Assembly (NCBI GenBank): GCA_009839685.1
Contig: VXPC01000014.1
Span: forward strand, 6,928-70,927
Length of the DNA stretch: 64,000 nucleotides
From: Candidatus Saccharimonadota bacterium
GTDB taxonomy: Bacteria > Patescibacteriota > Saccharimonadia > Saccharimonadales > VXPC01
Reading direction: 5' to 3'
The notes beneath the pieces are model-generated. The model worked only from the letters and a program-made list of their open reading frames with translations. It was not told where the DNA came from and did not search any database. This document shows, one piece after another, positions 1-8,644 of this stretch (position 1 is its first letter; each line of letters opens with the position of its first letter). Position numbers and translations under genes: made by a program.

Positions 1-26
1 TCTGGAAACGGTTTGAGTGGACTCGA

Positions 27-1725
27 CTAGGGGGTGGAAACGGTCGTAGAAGTCCTTGAGGTGCTGAACCCAGCCCAGCTCTCCTTGGGCTATCTTGTCG
101 AAATCGGTCTCGATTTTGGACGTGAAACCGTAGTCCATTATTTCGCCGAAGTACTTGGTCAAGAAAGGCGTGACCAGTTCGGCCAGCGACGTCGGCAGGA
201 GCTTATTGGTCGCCCCGCCCCATTTTTCGTCGCTGTCGTAGTCCTCGATTTGTGATTTTTGCAGCACGACGCCCCGGTAGCGCCGGGTCTTGGCCTCCAC
301 GTCGCCCTTGACGACGTAGCCGCGGTCCAGGATGGTGCCGATGGTCGGCGCGTACGTGCTCGGCCGGCCGATGCCCAGCTCTTCCAGCTGCCTGACCAAA
401 CCGGCCTCGTCGTAGCGGGCCGGCGGCGACGAGAATTTCTCAAAAACCCTTGCTTCCAGCAGTTCCAGCTCCTGACCCAGTTGCAGCTCCGGCAGCACGA
501 CATCGCTCGGTGTCTCTTCAGTCGCTTTCAGGAAACCGTCGAACTTGAGAATTTGCCCGCTGATAAGGAAGACCTCGTCGCTGCCACTGACCGCCACGAC
601 CACGTCCGTCTTATCAGTTTCGGCCGGTGCCATCTGGCTGGCCAGGGTTCGGCGCCAGATCAGGTCGTAAAGCTTGCCAGCCTGGGCGTCCAGCTTGGCC
701 GGCCGGCGGGTCTTGAAATCGGTCGGCCTGATAGCTTCATGCGCTTCCTGCGCGCCCTGCCCCTTAGTCTGGTATCTTTTGAGCCGGTGGTATTTGGCGC
801 CGAATTCTTCGCTGACGTAGCGCTTGGCCGACTCCAGAGCCTGGTTACTCAGGTTCAAGCTGTCGGTCCTCATGTAGGTTATAAACCCGGCTTCATACAG
901 CTTCTGGGCGGCGACCATCGTCTGGCGGACGCTGAAACCGAACTTGCGGGCCGCTTCCTGCTGCAAGGTGCTGGTCCTGAACGGCGCGCTCGGGTTTCTC
1001 AGACTCGGCTTGACCTTGATGTCGGCGACGCTGAACTTGGCCAGCCGGCAGGTCTGGAGGAATTGCCGGCCCGCCTTCAGGTCGGCGAACTTGTTTTTCA
1101 GCTCCGCTTTGATTTCCTGATCGTCGATTCGGAAAATGGCTTGGCCGTGGCATTCCGCCGCCGCCTCGAAATCCTTGATCGCCTCTTCCCTCTCGCAGAT
1201 CAAGCGGACGGCAACCGATTGCACCCGGCCGGCGCTCAATCCCTTCTGAACCTTTCTCCACAGGATCGGGCTGAGTTCGAAGCCGACGATGCGGTCTAAA
1301 ACCCTCCTGGCCTGCTGGGCGTTGACCAGGTTCTGGTCGATGAAACGCGGAGACTCAATCGCCGCCTTCAAGGCGTCTTCGGTGATTTCGTGGAAAACGA
1401 TCCGCTTAGTCTCCGCCGGCTTCAAGCCTAGGATATGGCAGAGGTGCCAAGCAATGGCTTCCCCTTCCCTGTCTTCATCTGAAGCCATGATGACCTCGGA
1501 GGCGTCCTTGGCCAGCTTTTTAAGTTCGGCAATCAGTTTCTTCTTGTCGGGGCTAATCTCGTAATGGGGCTGGAAATCGTTCTCGATGTCGATATGCATG
1601 CCGCCTTTGGCCGGCAGGTCGCGGACATGCCCCATGGAGCTGGCGATCTTGTAGCCGTCGCGCAAATACCTGCCAACGGAAGTGACCTTGGTGGGCGACT
1701 CGACGATAACTAACTTATAACTCAT
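27..1725 (-). CDS. topA: DNA topoisomerase I, short form without C-terminal Zn-ribbon domains (566 aa)
   Basis: Hand translation of the minus strand gives an uninterrupted frame: MSYKLVIVESPTKV... (Toprim), DEDREGEAIAWHL, RIVGFELSPILWRKV, AGRVQSV, GFITYMRTDS, GIGRPSTYAPTI, ending ...WVQHLKDFYDRFHP*. It is not in the supplied ORF track, where the + strand shadow ORF 259..1299 covers the locus. Confidence 0.85.
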
Positions 1726-1928
1726 GGTTGCTTAATAAAATGGTACCAAATGGCGGCTGAGACGCAGCTTCGGCTCCTTGCGCCGCTTTTGGTATCTTAA
1801 GCCATCGGCGGCCGATTGCCAAAGCGAATCGTCCCTTTTAGCCTTCTCGGGTTTGAAAATACGGCGGTTGGCTCTCATGCAAATATCTGGGCTGCCCCCG
1901 GCACTTGGCAGGTGCCGGGGGCGGAAGG

Positions 1929-2201
1929 TCAGACCGGCGAGTAGCCGCGGATTGCCCGCAGCTGCAGCCAGCGGTTTCTGACAGCCCGGCTGGAGCCCAG
2001 GATTAGCAAGAATCCGAGACCCAGCAGGGCGAGCGACAGGGCGTTGGAAGCGATGCTCGTGTTGCCGGCGAGAGCCCTAAGGCCTATGCCGGTTGAACCG
2101 ATACCGAACAGCGCGGTGCCTGCGTGGAGGTAGATGCCCGCCAGACACGGCAGCTTCTGCCCGGCCGCAGGTCGCCCAGCCTTCCCTTTGTTTACCCTCA
2201 T
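1929..2201 (-). CDS. small hydrophobic Gly-rich membrane protein (90 aa), possibly GlsB/YeaQ/YmgE-like
   Basis: ORF with Gly-zipper hydrophobic segments (LFGIGSTGIGLRALAG, LALLGLGFLLILG). A near-consensus minus-strand promoter lies about 150 nt upstream. Confidence 0.35.
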   Translation of the reverse strand: MRVNKGKAGRPAAGQKLPCLAGIYLHAGTALFGIGSTGIGLRALAGNTSIASNALSLALLGLGFLLILGSSRAVRNRWLQLRAIRGYSPV

Positions 2202-2361
2202 GACGGTCTCCTTCGTGGGTTGGGTTCATGGGGATGCGGGCTGTCGTCGCGAGGACCAGCCAGCCTGACTGTGACTTGATCGGCAGCGGCTTGACGCCGC
2301 TCGCCGGAGCAAATCGCCATATTTTCAAAAGTACGGCCGGCATGCATGTGCCGACATCTTT

Positions 2362-2390
2362 ATTATATAATCTAAACTAGATATAGTCAA
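2362..2390 (-). promoter_or_regulatory. sigma70-type promoter: -35 TTGACT, 17-nt spacer, -10 TATAAT
   Basis: Minus strand reads ttgactatatctagtttagattatataat. The TSS is predicted near 2355, driving the 1929..2201 gene. Confidence 0.4.
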
Positions 2391-2407
2391 AATCTAAGGT
2401 GGTGTCA

Positions 2408-2467
2408 TTGACATAAACACAAGGAAGCATAATAAAAGTTGACATAAAGTAATGTTTATGATAATAT
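2408..2467 (+). promoter_or_regulatory. tandem sigma70-type promoters (TTGACA-16-TAATAA, then TTGACA-17-TAATAT)
   Basis: ttgacataaacacaaggaagcataataa at 2408..2435 and ttgacataaagtaatgtttatgataatat at 2439..2467. No protein-coding ORF lies downstream on the + strand before the terminator. Confidence 0.4.
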
Positions 2468-2473
2468 TATCAG

Positions 2474-2828
2474 CATAAATCACCGGACACACAGGCGATT
2501 TAAGCACCTTCCAATCCCCTAAATTTATAAAAATTCATTACTTTGGTTTGAGTCAGAATGATCCCATTCCGGCTCAAACTAACCCTCTTAACTCCTTGCC
2601 CCGCTCGCATTGTTTGGAGTTTAATTATTTAATGGTGGTATAAAAAACCCTTTGGGGGTTGCGGCAATCTTGCCCTGTCCGCGGCCCCAAGGTGGGTTAA
2701 GGGGGTTTTCGATGAATTTTTTGGAGACGGGTGATTGACCACTGAGCGGTGCCCACCCCTTTTCAGTGGTCACTCACTCGTCTTCAGCAGACAACCGGCC
2801 GTTTCTTTTATGAGGCGGCCGGTTTTTT
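2474..2828 (+). ncRNA. candidate ~355-nt non-coding RNA of unknown family
   Basis: Bounded by the tandem promoters and the intrinsic terminator at 2795..2828. It contains several hairpins (gtttgag..ctcaaac; gaccactga-17nt-tcagtggtc at 2737..2771; cccc..gggg) and only ORFs of 22 aa or less. I could not match tmRNA, RNase P, SRP or 6S hallmarks. Confidence 0.3.
2795..2828 (+). terminator. rho-independent terminator (7-bp GC stem ccggccg/cggccgg, 14-nt loop, T6)
   Basis: ccggccgtttcttttatgaggcggccgg followed by tttttt, read directly. It is plus-strand specific because no U-tract follows on the minus strand. Confidence 0.6.
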
Positions 2829-2834
2829 GTTCAA

Positions 2835-3404
2835 TCAGGCGACCGAACGCCGCCCGTTCGGCAAGTCCCCGCCCGAAGCCTCGCCTATGATGCTGCAGAC
2901 CTCCCTGGTTAAACCGGGCAGCTTGACAGCTTCCTCGGCCGTAAAATCGGCCAAGACGAAATCCGTCAATGCAATCTGTTCCGGCCGTTTGGGGCCGATG
3001 CCGAACCTGATCAGCTTCATTTCCCCTTCTATAAGCCCGGCGATTGATTTCAAGCCGTTATGGCCGAACGTCTGCTGGCCGGCGAGAACCTCGATCGTGC
3101 CGAAAGGCAGCCGGACCTCATCGTAGATTACGTGGATATTTTCAGGTATCAGTTTGTAGAACTGGGCGACTTTGAGGACCGCCTCCCCGCTCAGGTTGAC
3201 GTACGTCTGGGGTTTGAGCATGATCAGCCGGATGCCGCCGATCTCAATCTGGGCGAAATGGCTCTTGAAGTCCCGTTTGTCCTGCCACGGCGTCTCATAC
3301 ATCTCGACCATCCGGTCAAGGCACATAAAACCGGCGTTATGGCGGTTAGAGGCGTACTTCTGCCCCGGGTTGCCTAGGCCGACGAAGAGCTTGGCCACTT
3401 CCAT
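2835..3404 (-). CDS. pth: peptidyl-tRNA hydrolase
   Basis: MEVAKLFVGLGNPGQKYASNRHNAGFM... is the classic Pth N-terminus. The alternative upstream start at 3467 abuts the der stop (TAAATG). Confidence 0.85.
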   Translation of the reverse strand: MEVAKLFVGLGNPGQKYASNRHNAGFMCLDRMVEMYETPWQDKRDFKSHFAQIEIGGIRLIMLKPQTYVNLSGEAVLKVAQFYKLIPENIHVIYDEVRLPFGTIEVLAGQQTFGHNGLKSIAGLIEGEMKLIRFGIGPKRPEQIALTDFVLADFTAEEAVKLPGLTREVCSIIGEASGGDLPNGRRSVA

Positions 3405-3467
3405 TCCCGATGTGTAGAGGGCGGAGGTGTCCTCGGACAGGACCGGACTTTTTCTGATAATGGCCAT

Positions 3468-4784
3468 TTAGTGCTTTTCCTTGAAAATCAGTGTCAGAGC
3501 CGTACCCTGATAATCGAATTCTTCGCGCAGTTTGCGCTCCAGAAATCTCTTATAGCTCCAGTGAAGATATTTAACCAGACTGCCGAAGAATTGAAAAGTC
3601 GGCGGGTCGCAACTGACCTGGACGGCGTAGTTGAGAGACGGGTGGCGGTTCTTGAGCCCGGCCGGAGGATGCCGGCGAACGGCGTCTTGGAGGCAGCGGT
3701 TGAGCCGCGAGGTCGTTATTTTCTGCTGCCGCCTGTCCCTGATCTGCAACGCCAGTTCCAAGATTTTGGCGACGTTGCGGCCGGTGACCGCGCTGGTGAA
3801 GATCAGGCCGGCCCAGGGGACGAAGTCGAATTCCTGCCTAAGCCGTTTGCTGATCGCCGGCGCCTCGAAGCCGTCTTTGTCCGTCAGCGTGTCCCATTTG
3901 GTGATCACGATAATCAAGCCCTTGCCGGCTTCTTTTACCAGCCCGGCAATTTTTTGTTCGACGGCCGTCGCCAGCTCGTTGACGTCGAGCAATAATAGGC
4001 AGACATCGCTTTCTTCAATGGCCGACAAGGTTCTGAGAACGCTGAACTTCTCCACGCCGCGCTCGATTTTGCCGCTTCTTCTGATACCGGCCGTGTCCAG
4101 CAGTTCGACGGCCTGCTTGTCGAACCTGACCAGTTGGCGGTTGACGTCGCGAGTCGTTCCGGCTCTTTCGGCCACGACGGCCAACTGCTTCTTGATCAGG
4201 CTGTTGAACAGGGCGCTTTTGCCGACGTTGGGCCTGCCCAGGAGGGCTATTTTCAAGACGTCGCCGTCTTGTTTCAATTTTTTGTTCGGCAAACTGGAGG
4301 CCAGATGGCCGATCAATGCGTCCACTCCTTGCCTCGTGGTCGTGCTGGTCAGGAAGATATCCTTGATACCGAGACCCAAGAAGTCGGCCTCGGTTGCTTT
4401 CAGGTTAAGATCGACCTTGTTGGCGATCGCGACGACCGCCTTCTTGCTCCTCATGGCTTTTTTGGCCAGCGAGCGGTCAGTCTGGCTGAGCCGGCCGGCC
4501 GCTTCGACTAACAAACAGATAATGTCGGCTGATTCGACCGCTAAATCTATCTGCTCCTGGATGCTGGCTTCAAAGTCATCTTCCGGATCTTTCATGCCGG
4601 CCGTATCAACCAGCCAGGCCGGCTTGCCGTCCAGATCGACGATGGCGGCAATGGAATCCCGGGTCGTGCCGGCCTCTCTGGCGACGATGTTGCGCCGTTC
4701 GCGCAACAAGACGTTGAAAAGCGAGCTCTTGCCGACGTTGGCTTGGCCGATTAAGGCGATAATCGGGATTTTGGAATTGGCCAC
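3468..4784 (-). CDS. der: ribosome-biogenesis GTPase Der/EngA (tandem GTPase domains plus KH-like C-terminus)
   Basis: Two G domains, each with G1 to G4 motifs (IALIGQANVGKSSLFN...DTAG...NKVD; ALLGRPNVGKSALFN...DTAG...TKWD), 438 aa. Confidence 0.9.
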   Translation of the reverse strand: MANSKIPIIALIGQANVGKSSLFNVLLRERRNIVAREAGTTRDSIAAIVDLDGKPAWLVDTAGMKDPEDDFEASIQEQIDLAVESADIICLLVEAAGRLSQTDRSLAKKAMRSKKAVVAIANKVDLNLKATEADFLGLGIKDIFLTSTTTRQGVDALIGHLASSLPNKKLKQDGDVLKIALLGRPNVGKSALFNSLIKKQLAVVAERAGTTRDVNRQLVRFDKQAVELLDTAGIRRSGKIERGVEKFSVLRTLSAIEESDVCLLLLDVNELATAVEQKIAGLVKEAGKGLIIVITKWDTLTDKDGFEAPAISKRLRQEFDFVPWAGLIFTSAVTGRNVAKILELALQIRDRRQQKITTSRLNRCLQDAVRRHPPAGLKNRHPSLNYAVQVSCDPPTFQFFGSLVKYLHWSYKRFLERKLREEFDYQGTALTLIFKEKH

Positions 4785-4800
4785 TTCAGGGCTCTCCTTG

Positions 4801-5181
4801 TCAGGCGGCGAAAGCGCTTCTGACCGTTCTTAAGACATCCTTAAGGGTAGCCTGGGATTTGACCAAGTACCTGTCCCGGCCGATACCCAGCTTTTCGGCC
4901 CGGTCCACCATGTCCTTGTCACCGTAAGCCGACATGACGATAAAGGCTACGTCTTGATTCAGTTTGGGGTGGGAGGCGATGGTCTCGATGACATCGAAAC
5001 CGGTCAGTTTCGGCATTTTGATGTCGCAGACTACGACCTGCGGCTTGCAGTCCACGAATTGCTTCAAGGCTTCTTCTCCGTCGCGGGCGCAGACGACGTC
5101 GAAACCGTCCTTTTGCAGACAGACCTGGTAGATATCCAACAGGTCGGGGTTGTCTTCTACGACCATTAGGCGCTTATTCAT
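4801..5181 (-). CDS. single-domain response regulator (CheY-like receiver only)
   Basis: MVVEDNPDLLDIY...VVCDIKMPKLTGFDV...IVMSAYGDKD gives the receiver Asp pocket, phospho-acceptor D and conserved K. There is no output domain. Confidence 0.8.
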   Translation of the reverse strand: MNKRLMVVEDNPDLLDIYQVCLQKDGFDVVCARDGEEALKQFVDCKPQVVVCDIKMPKLTGFDVIETIASHPKLNQDVAFIVMSAYGDKDMVDRAEKLGIGRDRYLVKSQATLKDVLRTVRSAFAA

Positions 5182-5242
5182 CGGAATCAGTTTTTATTTT
5201 TAAACTGCACCCCGATTATAGCACAAGGCCTTTGCGGCCCGT

Positions 5243-6385
5243 TCAACCGCCGGACGTTTGGTGGCGCGGCAGGGTGACGTAAAAAATACTGCCGCGGCCA
5301 ACTTCGCTTTCCGCCCAGAGATCCCCGCCGTAGAGTTCGACGATCTTTTTGCAGATGAACAGGCCCAGGCCGGTGCCGGGCTGGCTGTTGTCGACCCGGT
5401 AAAATTTCTGGAAAAGATGCGGCAGATCTTTGGGCGAAACGCCGTAACCGCTATCTTCGATCTTTATCTGCACGAAACCGCCGGCGGGCTTGACGCCGAT
5501 GTCTATCCTGCCGCCGGGGTCGGTGTATTTGATGGCGTTATCCAAAATATTGTTCAACAGTTCTTGGATTCTCTGCGGATCGGCGTCGAGGTGGAATGCC
5601 GTCGGTGCTGCTGCGTCCGGACTTCGCTCGATTGCCAGCTGGAGGCTGATTTCTTTGGTTGCCGCCTGCCGGGAGTTTTCAGCGACTACGTTGTCCAGCA
5701 AATCGTTGAGGACGAAGATTTGCGGATGGTGGCTGAGCCGGCCGTCCTCGCTCTGGCTGGTGGTCAGCAGATTCTTGAACAGTTTGCCCAGATGCATGAC
5801 GTTTTGATGGGCTTTGCGGGCGTGACTCGCCGCCTCTTGGCTTAAACTGTCGTCCGCCATAATCAGGGTCAGGTAGCCTTCAAGGGCGGCCAGGGGCGTG
5901 CGCATTTCGTGGCTGGCCGTGCTGACGAAATCTGTCTTCGCTTCTTCCCGCTCCCTCTCCTCGCTCATGTCGCGCATGACAACGACCGTCGCCGCTACCT
6001 GCCCGCCCGCGTTAATCAACGGCGTGGCGATGAGGTGAAGCGGCAGGCGGCGCTGGCCGGCGGTCAGGACGAAAGCGTCGTCGTCGCGGACTGGCCGCGT
6101 CGTCCTAAAGGCTTGCCTGACAGGGTTGTCGGCGTCCTTGACGGTGATGCCGTGGCGGTCGATGAACCGTAACGCTTCCGTCCAGTCCTTCCCCATCGCC
6201 TGCTCGGCCGTCAGGCCGATAATCCGGGAGGCGCCCGGATTGAAAACCGCCACTTTCTGCTCAGCGTTGATTAAGATAATGCCGTCTTCGATGTTCCGCA
6301 GGATGATATTGGCAATCGGGTCGGTATTCTTAAGGTCGGTCTCAAGAGCCGACAGGTCGGCTGCCCGTTTGCTTTTCCGTAACAT
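5243..6385 (-). CDS. cytoplasmic PAS-domain sensor histidine kinase
   Basis: HisKA H-box FVSTASHEMRTPL and HATPase_c motifs (NILDNAIKYT, GTGLGLFICKKIVELYGG). No TM segments, PAS-like N-terminus. Confidence 0.85.
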   Translation of the reverse strand: MLRKSKRAADLSALETDLKNTDPIANIILRNIEDGIILINAEQKVAVFNPGASRIIGLTAEQAMGKDWTEALRFIDRHGITVKDADNPVRQAFRTTRPVRDDDAFVLTAGQRRLPLHLIATPLINAGGQVAATVVVMRDMSEEREREEAKTDFVSTASHEMRTPLAALEGYLTLIMADDSLSQEAASHARKAHQNVMHLGKLFKNLLTTSQSEDGRLSHHPQIFVLNDLLDNVVAENSRQAATKEISLQLAIERSPDAAAPTAFHLDADPQRIQELLNNILDNAIKYTDPGGRIDIGVKPAGGFVQIKIEDSGYGVSPKDLPHLFQKFYRVDNSQPGTGLGLFICKKIVELYGGDLWAESEVGRGSIFYVTLPRHQTSGG

Positions 6386-6400
6386 AACTCTTTTAAGATT

Positions 6401-7939
6401 TTAGCAGATTGGCGGTCTTAATCTGGCGAGTAGCCGCTTCAAGTGCTGGTAAATCCTGACCATGACCAAGGTGTCGTAGTGGCAGTAGCGCAACAGGTCG
6501 TCGAAAATCTTCTGCCGAACTTCGTCCGCCTCTCCCAAAGCCTGATCCCACATCCGGCTGGCTTGGCTGCCTTCGCTGATGTTGAGGTCGCTGTAACTGA
6601 GCTCGGGAGCTAAGACGGGGGCGACGTTTTTCAGCGAAGTCTTGCCTTTAAAGCCGGGATGGACATAGTGCTGGCCGCTGAAGATTTTCTCCAGATCGAA
6701 AATGCGCCGGTTGAGATCTTCGAAGAAGGTTTTCTCCTCCGGCAGCAATTCGGCTAGGTTGTTCTGGAAACTGACTTCCGCTCCTTGGTGCCAGACGACG
6801 ACCGACCCCCCGGCCGGCATCACGCGCCTCAATTCGTCGACCAGCCGTTTCAGTTCTTCGTCTGAGGCGACCGGCAGCAGGTACTCGTACTTGGCCGGTT
6901 CTTCCTCTTCCCCGTTCTCCAAGACGCAGAGAGAAAACTGAAAGGCTATCTGCTGGAAAGGCCTAGAGTCGGCGAAGAGGGGTATGGGGTAATTAATCGC
7001 CTCGTAATCCAGAAAACTCAACGGCGGTTTCAGGCGGTTGAGCATTGAAGCGATCTCCGGTTTGTCAATAATCGGCCGGCCGGTTCGGTGGACGGCGATC
7101 TGGTTCAGTTGTTTCCGGCTGAGTCCGGTTTCGACACCCACTTCTTCCGTAATCTCCCCTATCTTAAGGATACTACGTTCATAAAGCGTTTTGATTCTTT
7201 GCACGCGGATGCCGTTGAGGTTGTAGACAGAATCATCGTTTGCCAGTTCGGGATGGAATTGCTCGAAACCCGGACAGCGCTTGCCCTTGGCTTTAAGGTG
7301 GCATTCGCAAGGCGGTTCTTCTCCGCCGTAGCATGCCTTGGCCTGCTCAGCCTCCGCTTTAACTGCCGGCAGCAAGGCTTCCACCTCCTGGCCGACATCA
7401 ACTTGTTTAAAAAATTTGTTCGGGTCGACGGTCGCCGTTTTGAGGCGGTACCCTCCGTTCATGTGAATCAAGAAGACTTTGCCGACGCGGTAGCCGGCGT
7501 TTTCAAAGGCCAGTTTCTGAAAGGCGATGTCGTAGAGGTATTTTTCCTTCCGGCTTTCGGCGTCTCTGCTGTCCGGACTCAGGCCGACGTCGTTGGTCAT
7601 CTTAACCTCGTAGATGTGGAGCTCCCGGTCCTTCTTGATGAGGGTTATGTCGGCTTTGGCCAGCAAGCCGTCTCGCGTAAGGGCTGTTGCCTGATACAAG
7701 ACTTTCACTTCTCCGCTGTCAATCAGCTCCTCGGTTCGATCCGCTGCCGCCTGCCTCTCGCCGGAGATCTCCCAGCCTCCCGGGAAGAGCTTCCTGGACA
7801 AGATTTCGACTTCCATGCCTTGCCGGTAAAGCTGCTCCTTGATGTCCTCATTGAACTGCGTGCCCCTGTTCAGCCTGTGCCAGCCGTAGCGAGGACAAAT
7901 GCGGTAGTTTATGTAATTGGTTTTATCTAAAACGAGCAT
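6401..7939 (-). CDS. DUF2779-like protein, apparently a RecB/Cas4-type PD-(D/E)XK nuclease fold with a Cys cluster
   Basis: 512 aa with a Cys cluster CECHLKAKGKRCPGF plus upstream C. Overall architecture resembles DUF2779 proteins. Assignment is from memory of the family. Confidence 0.55.
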   Translation of the reverse strand: MLVLDKTNYINYRICPRYGWHRLNRGTQFNEDIKEQLYRQGMEVEILSRKLFPGGWEISGERQAAADRTEELIDSGEVKVLYQATALTRDGLLAKADITLIKKDRELHIYEVKMTNDVGLSPDSRDAESRKEKYLYDIAFQKLAFENAGYRVGKVFLIHMNGGYRLKTATVDPNKFFKQVDVGQEVEALLPAVKAEAEQAKACYGGEEPPCECHLKAKGKRCPGFEQFHPELANDDSVYNLNGIRVQRIKTLYERSILKIGEITEEVGVETGLSRKQLNQIAVHRTGRPIIDKPEIASMLNRLKPPLSFLDYEAINYPIPLFADSRPFQQIAFQFSLCVLENGEEEEPAKYEYLLPVASDEELKRLVDELRRVMPAGGSVVVWHQGAEVSFQNNLAELLPEEKTFFEDLNRRIFDLEKIFSGQHYVHPGFKGKTSLKNVAPVLAPELSYSDLNISEGSQASRMWDQALGEADEVRQKIFDDLLRYCHYDTLVMVRIYQHLKRLLARLRPPIC

Positions 7940-8044
7940 CTGTCTCTCCCATTATGGCAAGATTTGCCGGCAAATCAATCAGGAAACGCTGTAATTGGCG
8001 ATACCGGCCGGCCGGTATCGCCCTTTTGTTATACAATACCGTCA

Positions 8045-8614
8045 ATGGCATTTGAGGATTACAAGAACAAGCCGGCCGTGGTTATCGTTTACGACGGCGA
8101 CGGCAAGGGCAAGACCAGCGCCTGCCTGGGCTTAACGGTCAGAGCCTTGGGATCCGGTTTCAAAGTCGCCTTCGCCCAGTTCATCAAATACTGGACGGTC
8201 GGCGAACACCGCTTCATTGAACGCATCCAGTCGCTTTACGGGCAGGAGTTGGTTTTTCACAGGGGCGGCCGGGGCTTCTTCCAGGCCGGAGAATTGTCTG
8301 CGGCCGGCGTCAGCGACGAGGAGCATCGCCAGGCGGCCGCGGAGACTTACGACTTTGCCCTGCGGGCGGCCGCCTCCGGGGATTACGGCCTGGTTGTCTG
8401 CGACGAAATTAACAACGCCGTCGCCGACGGGTTGCTGACGGAGGAGCAGCTGGAGAACCTGTTCAAACGCCGCCACGGCTCAACCAGTTTGTGTCTGAGC
8501 GGGCGCGATTTTCCCAAGCGCTTGCTCAAGTATGTCGATATCGCGACCGAAATGAAAAAGGTCAAACACCATTTCGACGACCGCTTTCTGGCCAACAAGG
8601 GCATCGATTACTGA
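8045..8614 (+). CDS. cobO: cob(I)yrinic acid a,c-diamide (cob(I)alamin) adenosyltransferase CobO/BtuR family
   Basis: P-loop VYDGDGKGKTSACLG, FIKYW, then LVVCDEINNAV and the hydrophobic/acidic core typical of CobA/CobO. Start chosen at MAFEDYK. Confidence 0.75.
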   Translation: MAFEDYKNKPAVVIVYDGDGKGKTSACLGLTVRALGSGFKVAFAQFIKYWTVGEHRFIERIQSLYGQELVFHRGGRGFFQAGELSAAGVSDEEHRQAAAETYDFALRAAASGDYGLVVCDEINNAVADGLLTEEQLENLFKRRHGSTSLCLSGRDFPKRLLKYVDIATEMKKVKHHFDDRFLANKGIDY

Positions 8615-8644
8615 TTGCGCGGCCTATCTTTTCGCACCAGCAGC

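Noticed and set aside
259-1299. 346-aa + strand ORF listed in the track
   Set aside because: It is the antisense shadow of topA. The minus strand carries a continuous, motif-rich topoisomerase I frame, and the + ORF product has no recognisable features.
2474-2828. Possibility that the candidate sRNA is tmRNA (smpB is in the window)
   Set aside because: It has no GGGG acceptor start or CCA-acceptor end, no TpsiC-like GGTTCGA loop, and no tag ORF ending in ...ALAA-stop in any frame.
7088-7930. 280-aa + ORF inside the DUF2779 locus
   Set aside because: It is antisense to a longer minus ORF whose Cys-cluster region reads like a real protein. The product has no motifs.
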